Source: a virus (lineage: Duplodnaviria; Caudoviricetes). From it: a stretch of DNA of 48,636 bases. A program made the position numbers and the translations under genes. Each line of letters starts with the position of its first letter. The stretch's first letter is position 1. Below, in pieces: positions 46,385 through 48,636 of the stretch. The notes beneath the pieces were generated by a model. That model ran no database searches. It had not been told where the DNA came from and saw nothing but the letters and a program-made list of their open reading frames with translations. The stretch spans positions 1 to 48,636 of the IMG/VR virus record IMGVR_UViG_3300025015_000047; one strand, given 5' to 3'.

Positions 46385-46603
46385 TCAGAGTTTGGGGTCG
46401 GGACGCAAGTCCGTGGGGGAGCAGTCGGGGCATATCGAACGGGCGTCGGAGAAGACGTACCTGTGACAGCCAGAGCACCTGGTCACAAACCAGTGTTCAT
46501 GTTGTGAGCAAACGTACTCAGCGCCCTGAGTAAATCGGTACCGCTTTTCACAAATCGGACACTTTGGGTCCTTCTTTGGCTTATCCTTGTGATCGGTTCT
46601 CAT
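46385..46603 (-). CDS. Small zinc-finger protein
   Basis: CPIC, CSQH, CSGC, CPDC. Confidence 0.55.
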   Translation of the reverse strand: MRTDHKDKPKKDPKCPICEKRYRFTQGAEYVCSQHEHWFVTRCSGCHRYVFSDARSICPDCSPTDLRPDPKL

Positions 46604-47357
46604 TGTCTCCCTCCACCACCATCATGACACTGACATCGGTTCCCTGACGGAATAGCCATCCGTGGGTCATGTACGTTATAGGGTTTAGACCCACCCGCCT
46701 CACCACATTCGCTAGCCCTTCCACCGTGTAGGCAAAGAGGTGGGACCTTTGGAATGGGTTGTTACCATCCTTGGGACTGTAGTTCGGAACCTCCAAAAAC
46801 AGCTTGCCCCCCGGTTCCAGATGTTTAGCGATCTTGCTAAGGAACTGAATCGGGTCCGGAACGTGTTCTAGGACGTGAATGCAAGTGATGGTATCATAAG
46901 TTTCGGTAACTTCATCCAAGGTTTCGAAGAGAGGTATACCCTTCACAATAACGTATTCCTTGAGAGGCTCAACAGCACTAACGATTGCTTCCTGCCACTC
47001 CCTGTGGGCCGACCAGGCCATAACCCCCATGCCCGCCCCGATGTCCAGGAGCCGCCTTGGAGTAACCCCAAAGGCGACAATGGTCATCAGCGTATGTTGC
47101 GCTCGAAGTGCCTCGTTGACCAACTCGGAAACGAAGGCGTCAGGGATGTTCAGACCTCGTAGGTTCTTTCGATCCTTGTAGACCTGCTTCCGGTATTCCC
47201 CGGTCTTGTAGATCGCCAGGGATTCTTCGGGCGTAGGTAGGTCCTTCAAAAAGAAGACCTTGCACGCATCACACCGAGCCCACTTCTCGTTGGGCCTCCT
47301 TCCTTCTGCTCGAAGGACGATATCCTTCCTTGGTCCGTTACAGATTGGACAGGTCAT
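46581..47357 (-). CDS. Class I SAM-dependent methyltransferase (sugar/small-molecule type)
   Basis: N-terminal CPIC...CDAC, LLDIGAGMG, VEP, YDTITCIHVLEHVPDP, LEPGGKLFLEVPN. Confidence 0.85.
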   Translation of the reverse strand: MTCPICNGPRKDIVLRAEGRRPNEKWARCDACKVFFLKDLPTPEESLAIYKTGEYRKQVYKDRKNLRGLNIPDAFVSELVNEALRAQHTLMTIVAFGVTPRRLLDIGAGMGVMAWSAHREWQEAIVSAVEPLKEYVIVKGIPLFETLDEVTETYDTITCIHVLEHVPDPIQFLSKIAKHLEPGGKLFLEVPNYSPKDGNNPFQRSHLFAYTVEGLANVVRRVGLNPITYMTHGWLFRQGTDVSVMMVVEGDNENRSQG

Positions 47358-47363
47358 CTTCGC

Positions 47364-47582
47364 TCACCTTGCCTCCTCTGCTAAAACACGGCGGGCCTGA
47401 CGCAGCGCCTCATACAGTAGATAATCTTCTCTGCCATCAAGGCTGATGTCCTTCACCTGAAGATATACCGCATACAGCGCCCTCGCTACCCGTCGGGCCT
47501 GGTCCCGCTCCCGAACGACCTGCTCCGTCTTGCTGTACCATGGATACTCATAGTACCAAGGCGTCCATGTCCTGTTGTCCAT
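47364..47582 (-). CDS. Hypothetical protein
   Basis: ATG after GGAGG; ERDQARRVAR motif. Confidence 0.5.
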   Translation of the reverse strand: MDNRTWTPWYYEYPWYSKTEQVVRERDQARRVARALYAVYLQVKDISLDGREDYLLYEALRQARRVLAEEAR

Positions 47583-47583
47583 C

Positions 47584-48270
47584 TCAACCTCCAAGTAGAC
47601 CTTTCTTGGTCATGATCCACTCACACAACTCCAAGTCCTCGGGGGTGTCAATCTCAAACCGCGACCACCCAGGCATCTCCACAATGCCAATCTTGCCCCC
47701 CAGCCTAGTCCCATACATCTCCAGTACCCCCGTCTGGAAACAGTAGATCGATCCATTCTCGACGAATTCCGATACATCCTGCCGCATGGGCCGATTCCCC
47801 TTCGGATCATAGTTCAACGATACCGCCTCCGTATCCTCTTTCACCCACACGAACTGATGAAGACGGACCGCGGATAGGACGCTCGAAAAGATGCCACTAT
47901 CTACCAGGGAGATGGCCTGGGCGATATGGATAGGAGAACGAAGGGGGTTGGTTGCCTGCAAGAACACCACAATGTCCGGCCTGTAATCAATGTTCTTCAA
48001 CACGTGCCGCAAGGCGTCCTCGGACGGAGAATCTGGGCCACTCAGTTCCGGGGGACGCATGACCACCCGCGCTCCCCACAACTCTGCAACCTCGGCTATC
48101 TCTGCACTGTCGGTCGACACCACAACCTCTTTGATCCCCGGCGAATACGGCGTCGCGAAAGCATGATCGATCGAGTGTGCCAAGAGGGGCCTGCCAGCCA
48201 GCATGGCGATGTTCTTCTTGGGTAGACCCTGACTACCCCCACGAGCAGGGATGATGCAGAGGATACTCAT
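47584..48270 (-). CDS. neuA: Acylneuraminate (CMP-nonulosonate) cytidylyltransferase
   Basis: IIPARGGSQGLPKKNI..LAGRPL, VVSTDS.EI, RP.ELS, LQATNPLR, RQD...ENGSIY, EIDTPEDL. Confidence 0.9.
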   Translation of the reverse strand: MSILCIIPARGGSQGLPKKNIAMLAGRPLLAHSIDHAFATPYSPGIKEVVVSTDSAEIAEVAELWGARVVMRPPELSGPDSPSEDALRHVLKNIDYRPDIVVFLQATNPLRSPIHIAQAISLVDSGIFSSVLSAVRLHQFVWVKEDTEAVSLNYDPKGNRPMRQDVSEFVENGSIYCFQTGVLEMYGTRLGGKIGIVEMPGWSRFEIDTPEDLELCEWIMTKKGLLGG

Positions 48271-48584
48271 GATAGCAAATCCAGGGCTTCCTGAAGGTGC
48301 CGTTTGCACATCAGGGCCTCTTCGAGCCCATCACCCCCTGGGACAAAGTCATCAAAGAAGCTAGCCACAATCACACAGTTCGTTTTGGCCTCCTTCGCCA
48401 GCCTATCATACTCGTCCCCAGCGGCCTCCCCCATCTCACGGTTGTATTTCATGGCGGAAGCCACTTCGTCCTTTGTCATCTTGCTAACCCTAACATTTTT
48501 CCTTTGCACCTGCCCCCAAGTGGAAGCGTGGATTTCTTTCTGGCACCAGTCACAAAGTCCGTGTTTGATTTCCATGTCGCTCAT
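48267..48584 (-). CDS. Hypothetical protein
   Basis: CDWC...C..H; stop overlaps the neuA start. Confidence 0.5.
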   Translation of the reverse strand: MSDMEIKHGLCDWCQKEIHASTWGQVQRKNVRVSKMTKDEVASAMKYNREMGEAAGDEYDRLAKEAKTNCVIVASFFDDFVPGGDGLEEALMCKRHLQEALDLLS

Positions 48585-48636
48585 TCCCAATCCTCCCACT
48601 TTTCTCTCCTAAAAGTCGTACATTCAGTAGGTTCCG

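Noticed and set aside
1-48636. tRNA/rRNA genes, integrase, transposase and the many short antisense ORFs
   Set aside because: No cloverleaf or recombinase motifs seen by eye; the antisense ORFs shadow well-supported genes in a GC-rich genome.

Overview
This window is most of a tailed dsDNA phage genome (Caudoviricetes, podovirus-like). It has two convergent arms. The + strand arm (1-14.2 kb) covers replication, recombination and nucleic-acid metabolism: Rnl2-type ligase, primase-like protein, DnaB helicase, family A DNA polymerase, two DNA methyltransferases, uracil-DNA glycosylase, RecA, RuvC and a metallophosphoesterase. The - strand arm (14.5-48.6 kb) is the virion arm: NeuA-like cytidylyltransferase, SAM methyltransferase, HNH, terminase large subunit, portal, a 2935-aa ejection-type protein, scaffold, major capsid, duplicated decoration proteins, tail adaptor/nozzle, three paralogous fibre proteins and membrane proteins. 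The standout feature lies at the end of the + arm: three non-coding arrays of strictly phased GGY-NN pentamers (11967-12036, 12596-12717, 14200-14452). Together they hold 87 pentamers in 7 units closed by GGTAC/GGTAA. One array starts right after a perfect TTGACA-N16-TATAAT promoter. The largest begins at the stop codon of a standalone RAMP/Cas7-like gene (13625-14200). This looks like a compact, non-CRISPR RNA-guided system in which the variable dinucleotides carry the information. I saw no integrase, tRNA, canonical CRISPR array or obvious endolysin. All functional calls come from motif recognition by eye; no database search was run.
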